From contig JAFSVU010000054.1 in assembly GCA_017444825.1 (NCBI GenBank), forward strand, positions 20,169-84,168: a stretch of DNA of 64,000 nt, given 5' to 3'. The notes beneath the pieces are model-generated. The model worked only from the letters and a program-made list of their open reading frames with translations, did not search any database and had not been told where the DNA came from. The translations under genes and the position numbers were made by a program. Below are positions 47,337 to 58,160 of this stretch, piece by piece. Each line of letters begins with the position of its first letter. Within the stretch, counting starts at the first letter, position 1. Origin of the DNA: Clostridia bacterium. GTDB taxonomy: Bacteria > Bacillota > Clostridia > UBA1212.

Positions 47337-48418
47337 ACGTAAAAGATTTTGATTATGAACTGCCGGAGAGGCTGATAGCCCAGACGCCGCTGGCGGACAG
47401 GACCGCTTCAAGGCTCCTTGTCATGGACAAGGTGACCGGAGAGATCCAGCACAGGCATTTTTCGGACATTGCCGAATATCTCAGGCCCGGCGACTGCCTG
47501 GTGCTTAACGATACAAGGGTGATCCCCGCGAGGATCATTGGCGAGAAAAAAGAGACGGGCGGCGCCATCGAGTTTGTGCTTCTCAAGAGGCTTGACGAGG
47601 AAAAAGTGTCGGAGCTTGCGGGCGACGGCGCGGTCACGGAGGAACAGACCGAAAAGGGACTGGTCTGGGAAGTGATCTTAAAACCCGGCAGACGGGCAAA
47701 AGAGGGCGCTGTGTTTACCTTCGGAGGGGGCATCCTGGAGGCGAAGATCATAAAGGTCAAGCCGGACGGGAACAGGGTGGTGCTTTTCACCTGTGACGGG
47801 CCTTTTGAAGAGGTGCTTTACAAGGTGGGAACGGTGCCACTGCCGCCGTACATCAAGGAAAAGCTGGACGACCCGGAAAGATATCAGACGGTATACGCAA
47901 GAGAGAACGGATCCGCCGCGGCGCCTACTGCGGGTCTTCACTTTACTGAGGAGCTTCTGGATAAGCTCCGGGCAAAGGGCGTAAAAACCGCTTTTGTGAC
48001 TCTTCACGTGGGGCTGGGGACTTTCAGACCCGTCAAGACCGAAAAGGTGGAGGACCACCTGATGCACGAGGAGTCCTTTGAGATAACCGCGGAAAACTGC
48101 GAGAAAATCAATTCCGCAAGGGCCTCGGGAGGAAGGATAATCGCCGTGGGCACCACGTCCACAAGGGTGCTGGAATCTGTGGCGGGAGACGACGGGCACC
48201 TTGAACCATACTCCGGTTCCACGAAGATATTTATTTACCCCGGGTACAGATTTAAGGCGATCGACGGGCTCATAACCAATTTTCATCTGCCCCAGTCCAC
48301 ATTGATCATGCTGGTGAGCGCTTTTGCGGGCAGAGAGAATATTTTAAACGCATACAGGACCGCCGTGGAGGAGGAATACAGGTTCTTCAGCTTTGGCGAC
48401 GCATGCCTTTTTATTTGA
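47333..48418 (+). CDS. queA: S-adenosylmethionine:tRNA ribosyltransferase-isomerase
   Basis: [47 protein letters not shown]. Confidence 0.97.
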   Translation: MNVKDFDYELPERLIAQTPLADRTASRLLVMDKVTGEIQHRHFSDIAEYLRPGDCLVLNDTRVIPARIIGEKKETGGAIEFVLLKRLDEEKVSELAGDGAVTEEQTEKGLVWEVILKPGRRAKEGAVFTFGGGILEAKIIKVKPDGNRVVLFTCDGPFEEVLYKVGTVPLPPYIKEKLDDPERYQTVYARENGSAAAPTAGLHFTEELLDKLRAKGVKTAFVTLHVGLGTFRPVKTEKVEDHLMHEESFEITAENCEKINSARASGGRIIAVGTTSTRVLESVAGDDGHLEPYSGSTKIFIYPGYRFKAIDGLITNFHLPQSTLIMLVSAFAGRENILNAYRTAVEEEYRFFSFGDACLFI

Positions 48419-48444
48419 AACAGTCCTAAAAAGGAGAGAAGAAA

Positions 48445-48717
48445 ATGACTGATTTTTTAAACGGGAACGAAATAGAGCTTACCGACGAGGACGGAAGAGA
48501 GTTTCATTTCAGCCTTCTTGATTTTATCGAGTATGAGGGCTCGGAATACGCGGTGCTGCTGCCGAAGGACAGGCAGGAGGGCCCTGTGGCGGTGTTTAAG
48601 GTCGAGGATATCAACGGGGACGACATTGCCGACTACGTAAGTGTGGACGACCCGGCTCTCGTGGAGAAGGTGTTCGGCATTTTCAAGGAAAAGGTCAAAA
48701 AGGCAACCGGAAACTGA
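48445..48717 (+). CDS. DUF1292 family small acidic protein
   Basis: IELTDEDGREFHF...IEYEGSEYAVLLP...VFGIF. Confidence 0.8.
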   Translation: MTDFLNGNEIELTDEDGREFHFSLLDFIEYEGSEYAVLLPKDRQEGPVAVFKVEDINGDDIADYVSVDDPALVEKVFGIFKEKVKKATGN

Positions 48718-48741
48718 CCGGTCACAGCTTGATATAAAGAT

Positions 48742-48784
48742 GGCGGGGCGCCCCGGACCAAAAGAAGGGTCCGGGCGCCCCGCC
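48742..48784. terminator. Strong GC hairpin between convergent genes
   Basis: GGCGGGGCGCCCCGGACC-8 nt loop-GGTCCGGGCGCCCCGCC. Confidence 0.7.
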
Positions 48785-48806
48785 TGGTGTAATTGGTTAA
48801 AGATAT

Positions 48807-51800
48807 TTAACCGACCTCGATCTTGAAGGTCCTTGGCGTGCCTTCGGTCATGGTTATCACAAAGCTGTATGTGAAAGTGCCGTCGTCGGAATAGCTCACC
48901 ATGTAGCCGTCATAGCCAAGCTTCGATGCGATTACGTAGGGAACCCATTCGCCGCCCTTGTTCTCGTAGATCACCGGTACCGAAAGCGCGGTAAAGCCCT
49001 TGGCCACAACCGTGACGTTGTGATCCCTCTCCCAGGTGGATTTGTAGGCGGTGTACTCTTTCGTGGCATAGCCGGGGAGGTCGCGCACGTTGTTAAGACC
49101 TCCGGAGATGGTGAATTCGAGAGCCTTTCCGTCGGATGTGGACATTGTTGGAACGATGACGTCAGGCAGTACGGTGCCGTTTTGCGTCTCAACCTTGATC
49201 GGGTTTTTCAGGGTGTTCTCCCGGACCATGCGGACGTTGTCGTCGTTTTCCGAAAAATAGGTACCCCAGGGCATCAGTATGCATACGAAGTTTATGTGGT
49301 CTCCTTTCTTAAAGGTGGTCTTGCCTGAAATGTCGAGGGTGAAGGCCGCTGTGCCCGCTCCCTCTCGCACCGCAAATCCGCCGGTGTACGCCTTGCCGCC
49401 GATAACGATATCGGTCGACTTCAGCATGAACGAAAGGTTGGAGCTGCTGTCGGATTCAACGTATGCCTTGGGGTTCGAAGTGGTCTTGTGGAAGTAGTCA
49501 AAGTAGGGATAATCGCTTCCCAGAGGAATGATCCTCGGTGTATCCGACGTATCTTCTATCACCGACTCGTTGTTTTTGTTCAGGTAGCCGAATTTGTCGT
49601 AGGGCTGGGTGAAGGCGTAGAGGTACATGTCCTCGGCCACGTTGTTGATGGTCACGTCGTCAAGGAACTCGTAGCTCACCTCGTAATATGCCCTGTTCTC
49701 ATCCGTGTCGGGCATTTCCACGTGGCGGTACGTCTCAAAGACCTTGCCGTCGTACGACGTGTAGCAAAGGGTGATATCTGCGAGGGTGGGACCTGATGAC
49801 GAGATGACAGTCCTTCCCACGTTTTCGTAGGAGTTGAAATTCCCCTCGGAATCGGTGTAGCGGAGGAAAAGGTGGGAGCCGTCGTTGCTGTGCTGGGGCT
49901 GCTGGCCTTTTTTCTGGGTCTTCCCCGTGGGATTTCCGTTGGCGTCAACCACTTCGTAGTAGTCGTCTGACCAGTAAGGCGCGGAAAGCCCTCTGTGGTC
50001 GGGGAGCCTTGTCTCCGAGCAATAGAGGTGAATGCAATTGGTTTCGGTGACGCCAATGGACAAATGGTAGTATGCCGAATGGAACCTTATGGAGGTCACC
50101 TGCTTCAGTCTGTAGTTGCCCCACTGCTCATAGAGGTCGCAAAGGGTGAGGGTGTTGTCGGTGTCGTCGCCAACGATCATCGGGAACACGGAAAGACCGT
50201 ACGAATAGCTGTCGTTGTCGGTGTAGAAAAGCTCTTCGCCGTCCTTGGCAAAGTTCTTGCAGGCTTCCACAGTAATCGGAAGCAGATTTCCCGCGGCGTC
50301 AAGCAGTACCGCACATTCAAGGCAGCCGGAGTTCTCGGTCTCGCCCACCACGTATATCCTGCGGGTTCCGCCGGAGGGGCTTGCGGTAAAAGTCACCTTG
50401 TGCTCCTTGAGAGGATTTTCGTAGGGTTCGTCAAATCCGCCGGGGCCCTTGATGCTCAGCCTGTAAGCTCCGATAAGGTTATCGTACCCGCTGGAAAGGG
50501 ATGATTTAGAGGATGCTTTTTTATCCACTGTTATCTCGATGGGAGACCGCTCGAGATAACTTTCCTGAAGGAAAGCTCCGAAATCGTGGGAGTCGTCTGT
50601 GTAGATCCGCCTGGCCATGTAAATGCTTTTGCCTTTTTTGACCTTGGCGCTGTCCACCGCCAGTTCCTGAACTATCCTGTACGTTCCGTCCTCGAGAGTC
50701 ACTTTAAGTTTACCGTTGTACCGGTCGTCGGTCCCGAGTATTATGCCGAAAATTCCCGCGTCTTTTATATCAAAGGCGGTGTAGCCTGCGGTCTCCCAGT
50801 CCACCTCGTCGAGGCTGTAATGGGGTCCGGAGGAATCGTTCACCACGAATTTTTCGACTTTTTCCTCAGGAATCTCGATGATATCGCCAACGGATGTCAC
50901 CCCCGAAGTTTCGGCAGTGGCGATGAACCTTATGTTCTCATGGATCTTGTCCGAGTAAACGTTAAAATTTCTGTCGAGTTTGAACTGGGGCACGTCACGT
51001 GACAATTTCACGAGTGAAAAGTCCTTGATGTATATTTCTTCGCCAACGAAACCTCCCGCGTCGATCCTGAATGCGGTGATGAAGCTTTTGAGGTTCGTGT
51101 TATTGTCGAAATAAAGCAGATACGTGTGGTATTCGTTGTCTGCGATCAGCTTGAAACTCATGTTGGACTCTGCCACAAAGGTGGTGAGCTTTCCCGCCAC
51201 GTAGTAGAGGGTGGCGTCGCTGGAACCGGAGCACTTTATGGTGACCGAAAAGGCGTCGTAATCGTCCACGTTGTATTTGTTTTTGGGCACGTTGAAGCAG
51301 GCGTAGGGGTCGTAGGTGCTTGTGACCTTCATCATAACGGAGCCGTCATCGTTATACACGGGCTTCTCCATATCCCGGGCCGTCATAAAATCGTCGAGAG
51401 GAAGGCTCACCTGGTCCGCAATTGCTTCTTCGCCCGAAGCAAAATTCTGGTCAAGCACGTGAAGATTGTAATAATAGATTCCCTGATCGTAGAGGTTTGC
51501 CCTCGCATATGAGCCTGCGGAGAAGAACGTTCTGCCTCCTTCCATGGTCATATACGCGTTCATGGTGCCCGACAGATACTCGCCTCCGCTGAGATTCTGA
51601 AGTGATCTGAGCCCGCTGAAGCCGTCCTTAGTCATGAGAGCGTATTCCAGCCTCGCATTGGTGTTTTCCAGAATGTAGGAGGAACGGGTGTTGTCGTTAT
51701 AGTAACCGTTAACTTTGTTGGCAAAGCCTGCGGCGGTCGTGATGGTTTTCCCGTAGGGGCCGTCGTAATCCTTATATACGACGGGTTCCTGAGTGGGAAG

Positions 51801-51914
51801 GCTCGGCTTTTCTGTCTCGCCCGGTACCACAGCAGGGGTACAGCCGAAACAAACCAATGCCGCAGCAGTGATGATCAGTGTTAGAATTGCGATCTTAAGG
51901 CAGGTGTTTTTCAT
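48807..51914 (-). CDS. Large uncharacterised lipoprotein (beta-rich, CBM-like internal domain)
   Basis: GGAGG RBS, lipobox CFGC, 1035 aa, Tyr/Asn/Asp-rich; 'ADNEYHTY...ITAFRIDAGG...IYIKDFSL' resembles a jelly-roll CBM. Confidence 0.7.
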   Translation of the reverse strand: MKNTCLKIAILTLIITAAALVCFGCTPAVVPGETEKPSLPTQEPVVYKDYDGPYGKTITTAAGFANKVNGYYNDNTRSSYILENTNARLEYALMTKDGFSGLRSLQNLSGGEYLSGTMNAYMTMEGGRTFFSAGSYARANLYDQGIYYYNLHVLDQNFASGEEAIADQVSLPLDDFMTARDMEKPVYNDDGSVMMKVTSTYDPYACFNVPKNKYNVDDYDAFSVTIKCSGSSDATLYYVAGKLTTFVAESNMSFKLIADNEYHTYLLYFDNNTNLKSFITAFRIDAGGFVGEEIYIKDFSLVKLSRDVPQFKLDRNFNVYSDKIHENIRFIATAETSGVTSVGDIIEIPEEKVEKFVVNDSSGPHYSLDEVDWETAGYTAFDIKDAGIFGIILGTDDRYNGKLKVTLEDGTYRIVQELAVDSAKVKKGKSIYMARRIYTDDSHDFGAFLQESYLERSPIEITVDKKASSKSSLSSGYDNLIGAYRLSIKGPGGFDEPYENPLKEHKVTFTASPSGGTRRIYVVGETENSGCLECAVLLDAAGNLLPITVEACKNFAKDGEELFYTDNDSYSYGLSVFPMIVGDDTDNTLTLCDLYEQWGNYRLKQVTSIRFHSAYYHLSIGVTETNCIHLYCSETRLPDHRGLSAPYWSDDYYEVVDANGNPTGKTQKKGQQPQHSNDGSHLFLRYTDSEGNFNSYENVGRTVISSSGPTLADITLCYTSYDGKVFETYRHVEMPDTDENRAYYEVSYEFLDDVTINNVAEDMYLYAFTQPYDKFGYLNKNNESVIEDTSDTPRIIPLGSDYPYFDYFHKTTSNPKAYVESDSSSNLSFMLKSTDIVIGGKAYTGGFAVREGAGTAAFTLDISGKTTFKKGDHINFVCILMPWGTYFSENDDNVRMVRENTLKNPIKVETQNGTVLPDVIVPTMSTSDGKALEFTISGGLNNVRDLPGYATKEYTAYKSTWERDHNVTVVAKGFTALSVPVIYENKGGEWVPYVIASKLGYDGYMVSYSDDGTFTYSFVITMTEGTPRTFKIEVG

Positions 51915-51941
51915 GTCAGGCCCTCCAGCGTTAAATTATAG

Positions 51942-53420
51942 TCACGAGAGTCTCGCGATACCGTCTGCGATCCTTCTCATGGTCTCGTCATAACCAAGTA
52001 TCTCGGCCAGCTCAGTGGCGCCGCCGGGAGTTGCGGGAAGTCCGCTGACGGCAGTTCTTAAAGGCCAGAGCAACTGGCTGTTTTTCAGTTCATTCTCCGC
52101 GGCAACGCCAAGGAGAAACTCGTATATCTTATCCGAAACGAAATTTTCTTTGACCTCGGGGGAATCGCCGAAGGCTTTCTCAATTATTCCGAGAGCCTTG
52201 AGGGATATCTCCCGGTCGGTCTTCATTTTCTTGTGGCAGTAAAGCTCCGTGTCGTAATCCTGAAGGGCCGCAAGAAAACCGATCTTCTCCGGGATCTCGG
52301 CAAGGGTGCTGATCCTGGTCTTCACGAGAAGGGCGATCTTCTTTAGAACTTCGGGAGCGGGAACGGCTGCGCCGGCGTTTTTGAACACGTCCTCGACTGT
52401 GCCGAGGGTAAGTCCCAGGAAACGGTCGTCGTCCATGCGCTTAATGTACTCGCCGTTCATCCAGGTGAGCTTTTCGATATCAAATATCGCCGGGGACTTG
52501 CTGATGCCCGAAATACTGAAGACCTTTTCCAACTCGCCAAGGGTATAGAACTCCTCGTTTCCTGAGGGGCTCCACCCGAGAAGGCAGATGTAATTAAGTA
52601 TGGCCTCGGGCAGATATCCCTTTGCCACGAGATCAAAGAAGGATGCGTCGCCGTTTCTCTTCGAAAGCTTGTGATGCTCGTCCTTCATTATAGGTGCGCA
52701 GTGAACGTATACCGGTATATCCCACCCGAAGGCTTCGTAAAGGAGGTTGTATTTCGGCGTAGAGGAGAGGTATTCGTTTCCTCTGACCACGTGGGTGATG
52801 CCCATAAGATGGTCGTCCACAACGTTTGCGAAGTTATACGTGGGAAGCCCGTCGCTCTTGAGCAGCACCTGGTCGTCCAGAGTCTTATTCTCCACCGTTA
52901 TGTCGCCGTAGACCGCGTCCGTGAAGGTGGTGGTGCCTGTAAGAGGCATTTTCTGGCGGATGACGTAGGGAATGCCCGCCGCAAGATTCATGGCCACGAC
53001 CTCCGGATCCAGATCACGGCAATGTCTGTCGTAGTTAAACCCGGTGCCCAGAGCCTCGTCGCTGGTCTTCAGGCTCTCCAGTCTCTCTTTTGTGCAGAAG
53101 CAGTAGTACGCGGCTCCCTTTTCGACCAGTATCTCGGCATACTTTTTATAGATATCTCTTCTCTGGCTCTGAATGTACGGTCCGCAGTCGCCTTCTTTTC
53201 CCGGGCCCTCATCATAGTCAATGCCCGTCGCCTTGAGCGTGTTAAACACCACGTCGAGAGCGCCTTCCACGTACCGCTCCTGGTCGGTATCTTCGATCCT
53301 GAGAAGAAAATCTCCGCCCTGCGACTTCGCAATGAGATACTCGTAAAGCGCCGTGCGAAGGTTTCCTATATGCATGTAGCCCGTGGGGCTGGGTGCGAAT
53401 CTTGTTCTGGTTTTTTTCAT
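51942..53420 (-). CDS. gltX: Glutamate--tRNA ligase
   Basis: [27 protein letters not shown]. Confidence 0.97.
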   Translation of the reverse strand: MKKTRTRFAPSPTGYMHIGNLRTALYEYLIAKSQGGDFLLRIEDTDQERYVEGALDVVFNTLKATGIDYDEGPGKEGDCGPYIQSQRRDIYKKYAEILVEKGAAYYCFCTKERLESLKTSDEALGTGFNYDRHCRDLDPEVVAMNLAAGIPYVIRQKMPLTGTTTFTDAVYGDITVENKTLDDQVLLKSDGLPTYNFANVVDDHLMGITHVVRGNEYLSSTPKYNLLYEAFGWDIPVYVHCAPIMKDEHHKLSKRNGDASFFDLVAKGYLPEAILNYICLLGWSPSGNEEFYTLGELEKVFSISGISKSPAIFDIEKLTWMNGEYIKRMDDDRFLGLTLGTVEDVFKNAGAAVPAPEVLKKIALLVKTRISTLAEIPEKIGFLAALQDYDTELYCHKKMKTDREISLKALGIIEKAFGDSPEVKENFVSDKIYEFLLGVAAENELKNSQLLWPLRTAVSGLPATPGGATELAEILGYDETMRRIADGIARLS

Positions 53421-53609
53421 CAAAATTACCTCTCTTGAAAATACTGTATGCCCGCAGAGGGGCCGCTTTTTCGCAACCCTTAATTTATCATAAAACAGCC
53501 GCCATTTCCACCTCAATTTACGATGAAACGTTTGAACAGGCGCTTCTCCCTGTGGTAAAATATCACCGTCCGGGGCATGGAATTGATCCCGGGGAAGGGA
53601 GTATTGGTT

Positions 53610-54074
53610 ATGGCGGAACTCACCAATGCAATAAGGCTTTTAAAGGACGCCGGAGCGTTTATCGATGCCTATGAAATAACCAATGACTTCACCGACGCGG
53701 CGGAGCTTGCCGCGAAGATGGGCCTTGATCCCGACCGTGTATTCAAGACGCTTGTTACTGTCGGAAAGAGCGGCACCCACCACGTGTTCATGGTCCCCTC
53801 CCGGGCAAAGCTGGACCTTAAAAAAGCGGCGGCTGCCTGCGGCGAGAAATTCGTAGAGATGATCCCTCAGAAGGATCTCCTCAAAACAACAGGATACGTC
53901 CACGGAGGCTGCTCCCCGGTGGCTATGAAAAAGCAGTTTGAGACCTTCATTGACGAGACCTGCGTGCTTTTTGAGAACATCTGCTTTTCGGCAGGCCGCG
54001 TTGGCGAGCTCGCAGACGTTAAGACAGGGGTTTTTATCGATAAATTCGGCGTTACCGTCGCCGACATCACTTAG
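53610..54074 (+). CDS. ybaK: Cys-tRNA(Pro) deacylase
   Basis: [29 protein letters not shown]. Confidence 0.9.
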   Translation: MAELTNAIRLLKDAGAFIDAYEITNDFTDAAELAAKMGLDPDRVFKTLVTVGKSGTHHVFMVPSRAKLDLKKAAAACGEKFVEMIPQKDLLKTTGYVHGGCSPVAMKKQFETFIDETCVLFENICFSAGRVGELADVKTGVFIDKFGVTVADIT

Positions 54075-54100
54075 TATCAACAATGATGAGGAAATTGGTT

Positions 54101-55048
54101 ATGAAGATTACAGTACTTGACAGGAACACAGTGACAATGGGTGACCTTGACTTCGGTCCCCTGGAACGGCTTGGCGAAGTATCCTATTTCGACGCTCTCC
54201 CCGCAGATGAAGTGGTCTCCGCCTGCAGAGGCGCGGATGCGGTCATCATCAATAAAGCCAAAATGACCAGGGAGGTCATAGAGGCACTGCCCGATCTCAA
54301 ATTTATCGGCCTTTTCGCCACCGGCTATAACAACGTCGACTGCGCCGCGGCCCGCGAGCACGGAATTGACGTGGTAAACGCACCGGGCTACAGCACCGAC
54401 TCCGTTGCGCAGCTGGTCTTTGCGTTCATACTTTCGTTTGCCACAAGCATCTCGGAATATGACCGGTCCGTCCACCGCGGCGAATGGGTCTACTCAAAGA
54501 CTTTTGCATATTTTCCCTACAGGCTGACGGAACTTGCGGGAAAGACTCTCGGAGTGGTGGGCTTCGGTGCCATAGGACGCAAGGTGGCGACTATCGGAAG
54601 TTCCCTCGGCATGCGGGTCATCATCCACTCCCGCCGCCTTTACGACGATTGCGTATACGAGCAGGTGGGAAAAGAGCAGCTGTTCCGCGAGAGCGACTTC
54701 CTCTCCCTGAACTGCCCACTGAACCCCGGGACAGCGAAATTTGTCTCAAAGGAGACTCTTTCGCTCATGAAGCCCACGGCATTCATTATTAACACAGCCA
54801 GGGGCGGCGTCATCGACTCCGAAGCCCTTGCGGAGGCGCTGGACAGCGGCGTCATAGCCGGCGCAGGCATTGACGTGCTGGAAAACGAACCCATGCGCGA
54901 GGACGACCCTCTCCGCACAGCCAAAAACTGCATGATCACGCCGCACATAGCCTGGGCATCAAAAGAAGCCCGGGAACGTCTCATCGTCATGGTGACGGAG
55001 AGTCTCGGGCTCTGGATGAAAGGGGAAAAGCGGTTCGTCGTTAACTGA
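54101..55048 (+). CDS. D-2-hydroxyacid dehydrogenase (glycerate dehydrogenase-like)
   Basis: ATGYNNVD, GFGAIG, INTARGG, DVLENEP, TPHIAW. Confidence 0.92.
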   Translation: MKITVLDRNTVTMGDLDFGPLERLGEVSYFDALPADEVVSACRGADAVIINKAKMTREVIEALPDLKFIGLFATGYNNVDCAAAREHGIDVVNAPGYSTDSVAQLVFAFILSFATSISEYDRSVHRGEWVYSKTFAYFPYRLTELAGKTLGVVGFGAIGRKVATIGSSLGMRVIIHSRRLYDDCVYEQVGKEQLFRESDFLSLNCPLNPGTAKFVSKETLSLMKPTAFIINTARGGVIDSEALAEALDSGVIAGAGIDVLENEPMREDDPLRTAKNCMITPHIAWASKEARERLIVMVTESLGLWMKGEKRFVVN

Positions 55049-55056
55049 CCGGCGCT

Positions 55057-56295
55057 TCAAACTGTTTCATTAAAAATTTTTAATATAAGGCCGGCAGTGG
55101 AACCCGGGAACGCCTTTGTCAGGCTGTCGACGGTCTCGCTGAGGCCTTCCGGTGTGAGCTCACCCGTTACAAAAGCGGTGGTACTGCCGCAGCTGACCAT
55201 CTGAAGTCCTTCGAGGCCCGGCTTGAATTCGCCGTCGGGGATATTGTCGAGGCGGATGTAGTACCTTGAGGGCTCTCCGATGGGGGCGATCTCGGCCTCG
55301 TTTGAAATGAAGCCGGGCTTCACAGCATCGTTCTCAGCTCCGATGAGGAGCTCAACGATGTCGCCGCAGATCGCATTGGCGGTGGGAAGCTTGCCGGCGC
55401 CGATGCCGTAGAAGAACGTGTTGCCGGTGTACTCGCCGCGGATGAGGATGCCGTTGTAGGCGCCGCTTACCGAGCAGAGGAAGCTGGACTTCATCACCAG
55501 CTGGGGCTCGACACAGGCCGTGACAGCGCCGTTCACAAGGGCGGTGCGGGCGATGAGTTTAATGCGGCCGCCGAGAGCTCCGGCGTTTGCAATGTCGCCG
55601 GCTGTTATCTTTCTGATACCCGTGGTGGGTATTTTTTTGTAATCAACGAATTTGCCGTAGGCAATGGATGAAAGAATGGCGATCTTGCGGGCCGGGTCGA
55701 AGCCGTCCACGTCGGAGGAGGGATTGGCTTCTGCATATCCGCGGGTCTGGGCTTCCCAGAGGGCCTCGTCGAAGGAGAGACCGTCCTCTTCCATGCGGGT
55801 GAGCATGTAGTTGGTGGTGCCGTTGACCACGCCCATGATGCCGCTGATGACGTTGGCGCCCATGCAGATCCTGAGGGGACGGATGATCGGCACGCTGCCG
55901 CCCACGCTGGCTTCGTAGAGGAAGCGGACGCCCTTGTCGTATGCAATGCCTTCAAGCTCTCTGCCGTGCTCTGCCACCAGGTCCTTGTTTGACGTGACCA
56001 CGTGCTTGCCTGCCAAAAGGGCCTTCTTTGTTATACTGTACGCGAAATCGAGGCCGCCGACGGTCACTACCGCAACGTCGATCTCTTCATCCTCCAGTAC
56101 GTTCTTCGGATCCTTTACCGCGTACTGCTCGTAAGGTGTGCCGGTGAGGTCTCTTATGTCGAGAATGGATTTAAGAGCAACCTGCCTCGAAAAACGGGCG
56201 CTGAGTTTGCCGGACTCGTTAATGAGTATATCGGCAACGCCGGAACCGACTACACCGCAGCCGATGACCGCGATCTTGAAAGCTTTATCTGTCAT
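55057..56295 (-). CDS. hom: Homoserine dehydrogenase
   Basis: GCGVVG, TSNK, YEASVGGSVP, NGTTNY, GYAEANP..DVDG.D, GAGKLPTA. Confidence 0.95.
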   Translation of the reverse strand: MTDKAFKIAVIGCGVVGSGVADILINESGKLSARFSRQVALKSILDIRDLTGTPYEQYAVKDPKNVLEDEEIDVAVVTVGGLDFAYSITKKALLAGKHVVTSNKDLVAEHGRELEGIAYDKGVRFLYEASVGGSVPIIRPLRICMGANVISGIMGVVNGTTNYMLTRMEEDGLSFDEALWEAQTRGYAEANPSSDVDGFDPARKIAILSSIAYGKFVDYKKIPTTGIRKITAGDIANAGALGGRIKLIARTALVNGAVTACVEPQLVMKSSFLCSVSGAYNGILIRGEYTGNTFFYGIGAGKLPTANAICGDIVELLIGAENDAVKPGFISNEAEIAPIGEPSRYYIRLDNIPDGEFKPGLEGLQMVSCGSTTAFVTGELTPEGLSETVDSLTKAFPGSTAGLILKIFNETV

Positions 56296-57775
56296 ATATG
56301 AAATCCTCCGATTTTTCCGGCATCATTTCCGGTTTCACTTTATCCTTGAATCTGATCTCCTTCTCGAACAGTCCGCGGAGCGGGGCCGGGATCGCTATGC
56401 CCGTCTTCTCTGAGAGCAGGGCGGAGATGCAGTCCTCACCTGTTCCTTCGGGAATCTCATTGGCGAATAGACTCTCGGCGACACAGGCGTTGAATTTGAA
56501 GGGGCTTGCCGTGGACACACATACCGTGTGGCGGGCCTTGTCCGAACACTTGCCGTAAACGCTGACGCCAACGGCGGTGTGGGGATCTATCAGATAATTG
56601 TACTTATTATATATACGGCCGATCTCTTCCGAGACCTCAGCCCGGACCGAGCATCCCGCAGCGAAATCCTTTTGAATGAACTTCAGAGCTTCGGAGGGCA
56701 CCCGGTACACGCCAAACCTTGACAGCCTGTCCATGAGTCCTCTCACGGCGGAGCAGTCCTTTCCGAGGGCGTCGTAAAGAAGCCTTTCGAGATTTGACGA
56801 AACCAATATGTCCATCGCCGGTGAGGTGGTGGTCACAAAGTCACGGTTTTTGTCGTAAACGCCGGTGTTCAGAAAATCCGCCACCACGTTGTTTTCATTG
56901 CTGGCGCAGATGATCTTTCCAACGGGGAGGCCGGCTTTCTTTGCGTAGTAGCATGCAAGTATGTCGCCGAAGTTTCCTGTGGGGACGCAGAAGTCGATGA
57001 TGTCGCCGAATTTCACTGTACCTCTCGAAACCAATACCGCGTAGCTGAAGAAATAGTAAACGATCTGGGGAAGGAGCCTTCCGAAGTTGATGGAATTGGC
57101 GCTTGAGAGCATCTTACCGTCGCGGAGAAGCTTTTCCTCGAATGCCTTGTCAGAGAATATTTTCTTAACGCCTGTCTGGCAGTTGTCGAAGTTGCCCTCG
57201 ATGGCCACCACGTTAACGTTGTTTCCGGCCTGGGTCACCATTTGAAGCTTCTGGGTCTCGCTGACACCTTCAGAAGGGTAGAAGACCATGATCTTTACGC
57301 CCGGAACATCCTTGAAGCCTTCAAGGGCAGCCTTGCCGGTGTCTCCTGAGGTGGCGGTGAGGATCGTGATCTCTTTTGACTCCCCACGTTTTTCCACCGC
57401 TTTTTTCATGTAGCGGGGCAGGATCTGGAGCGCCATGTCTTTAAATGCGCAGGTGGGTCCGTGCCAGAGCTCCAGAACGGAAAGGTCCTTGTCGAGAGTG
57501 GTGACTGCTGCCGGGCCTCCGGGAAATTTGGCGTCGGTGTAGGCGCCATCTACGCACTCGTTTATCTCGCCTTCGGTGAAATCATCCGCGTAACGCGACA
57601 TGACCAATGCGGCAATGCTCTTGTAATCCATGCCGCACATATCTTTTATCTCGGCGGGCGTGAACAGGACTTCTTCCTCGGGAACGAACAATCCGCCGTC
57701 GGAAGCGAGGCCTTTTATGACAGCTTCGGAAAATGAAGTTCCGGCGTCTGCGCCCCTTGTGCTTCTGTAAGTCAT
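56285..57775 (-). CDS. thrC: Threonine synthase
   Basis: YRSTRG, GLASDGGLFVP, HGPTCAFKD, ATSGDTG, PTGNFG, DPHTAV. Confidence 0.96.
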   Translation of the reverse strand: MTYRSTRGADAGTSFSEAVIKGLASDGGLFVPEEEVLFTPAEIKDMCGMDYKSIAALVMSRYADDFTEGEINECVDGAYTDAKFPGGPAAVTTLDKDLSVLELWHGPTCAFKDMALQILPRYMKKAVEKRGESKEITILTATSGDTGKAALEGFKDVPGVKIMVFYPSEGVSETQKLQMVTQAGNNVNVVAIEGNFDNCQTGVKKIFSDKAFEEKLLRDGKMLSSANSINFGRLLPQIVYYFFSYAVLVSRGTVKFGDIIDFCVPTGNFGDILACYYAKKAGLPVGKIICASNENNVVADFLNTGVYDKNRDFVTTTSPAMDILVSSNLERLLYDALGKDCSAVRGLMDRLSRFGVYRVPSEALKFIQKDFAAGCSVRAEVSEEIGRIYNKYNYLIDPHTAVGVSVYGKCSDKARHTVCVSTASPFKFNACVAESLFANEIPEGTGEDCISALLSEKTGIAIPAPLRGLFEKEIRFKDKVKPEMMPEKSEDFIYDR

Positions 57776-57827
57776 TTTGAATACCTCCGGCCGCCGTGTT
57801 TACTTAAAAAACAGCGGCTAAATTCTA

Positions 57828-57856
57828 ATTATAGAATTGGCGTTCGGATGTGTCAA
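57828..57856 (-). promoter_or_regulatory. Consensus sigma-A promoter of thrC-hom
   Basis: Minus strand TTGACA-17 nt-TATAAT. Confidence 0.85.
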
Positions 57857-57963
57857 GAAAATTATTTGTTATTTAAGGAATCAAAAAAGTAAAAAAACGG
57901 CCCCGAAAAGGGGATAAAACCGTGAAACATTGAAAAAAAGTGCACTTTCCTTAAAAAAATCTG

Positions 57964-57992
57964 TTGACAGAAATATGTCAATATTGTAAAAT
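57964..57992 (+). promoter_or_regulatory. Sigma-A promoter of rpoBC
   Basis: TTGACA-17 nt-TAAAAT; the -35 is half of a TTGACA-N6-TGTCAA palindrome. Confidence 0.75.
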
Positions 57993-58038
57993 GCTAACTT
58001 GCAGTGTTTCATTATGGGACAGTGTCGCATTCAAAGAT

Positions 58039-58067
58039 ATACTACCAAAAAACCGGGTGGTTGTCTA
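58039..58067 (-). promoter_or_regulatory. Putative antisense promoter in the rpoB leader
   Basis: Minus strand TAGACA-17 nt-TAGTAT with TG extension. Confidence 0.5.
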
Positions 58068-58160
58068 CTGAAATTTTTATAAAAATCCGTCTCCGACGGG
58101 TGCCAATAAATCTAATACTTTCTTTTTTCGTTGAGAAAAGCTTTGAGGTGATTATAGAAA

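Noticed and set aside
53421-53609. T-box leader for gltX (also checked upstream of thrC)
   Set aside because: The leaders are too short and lack the T-box consensus and terminator.
55057-57775. thrC-hom without thrB
   Set aside because: Split threonine operons and alternative kinases are common; this cannot be judged from one window.
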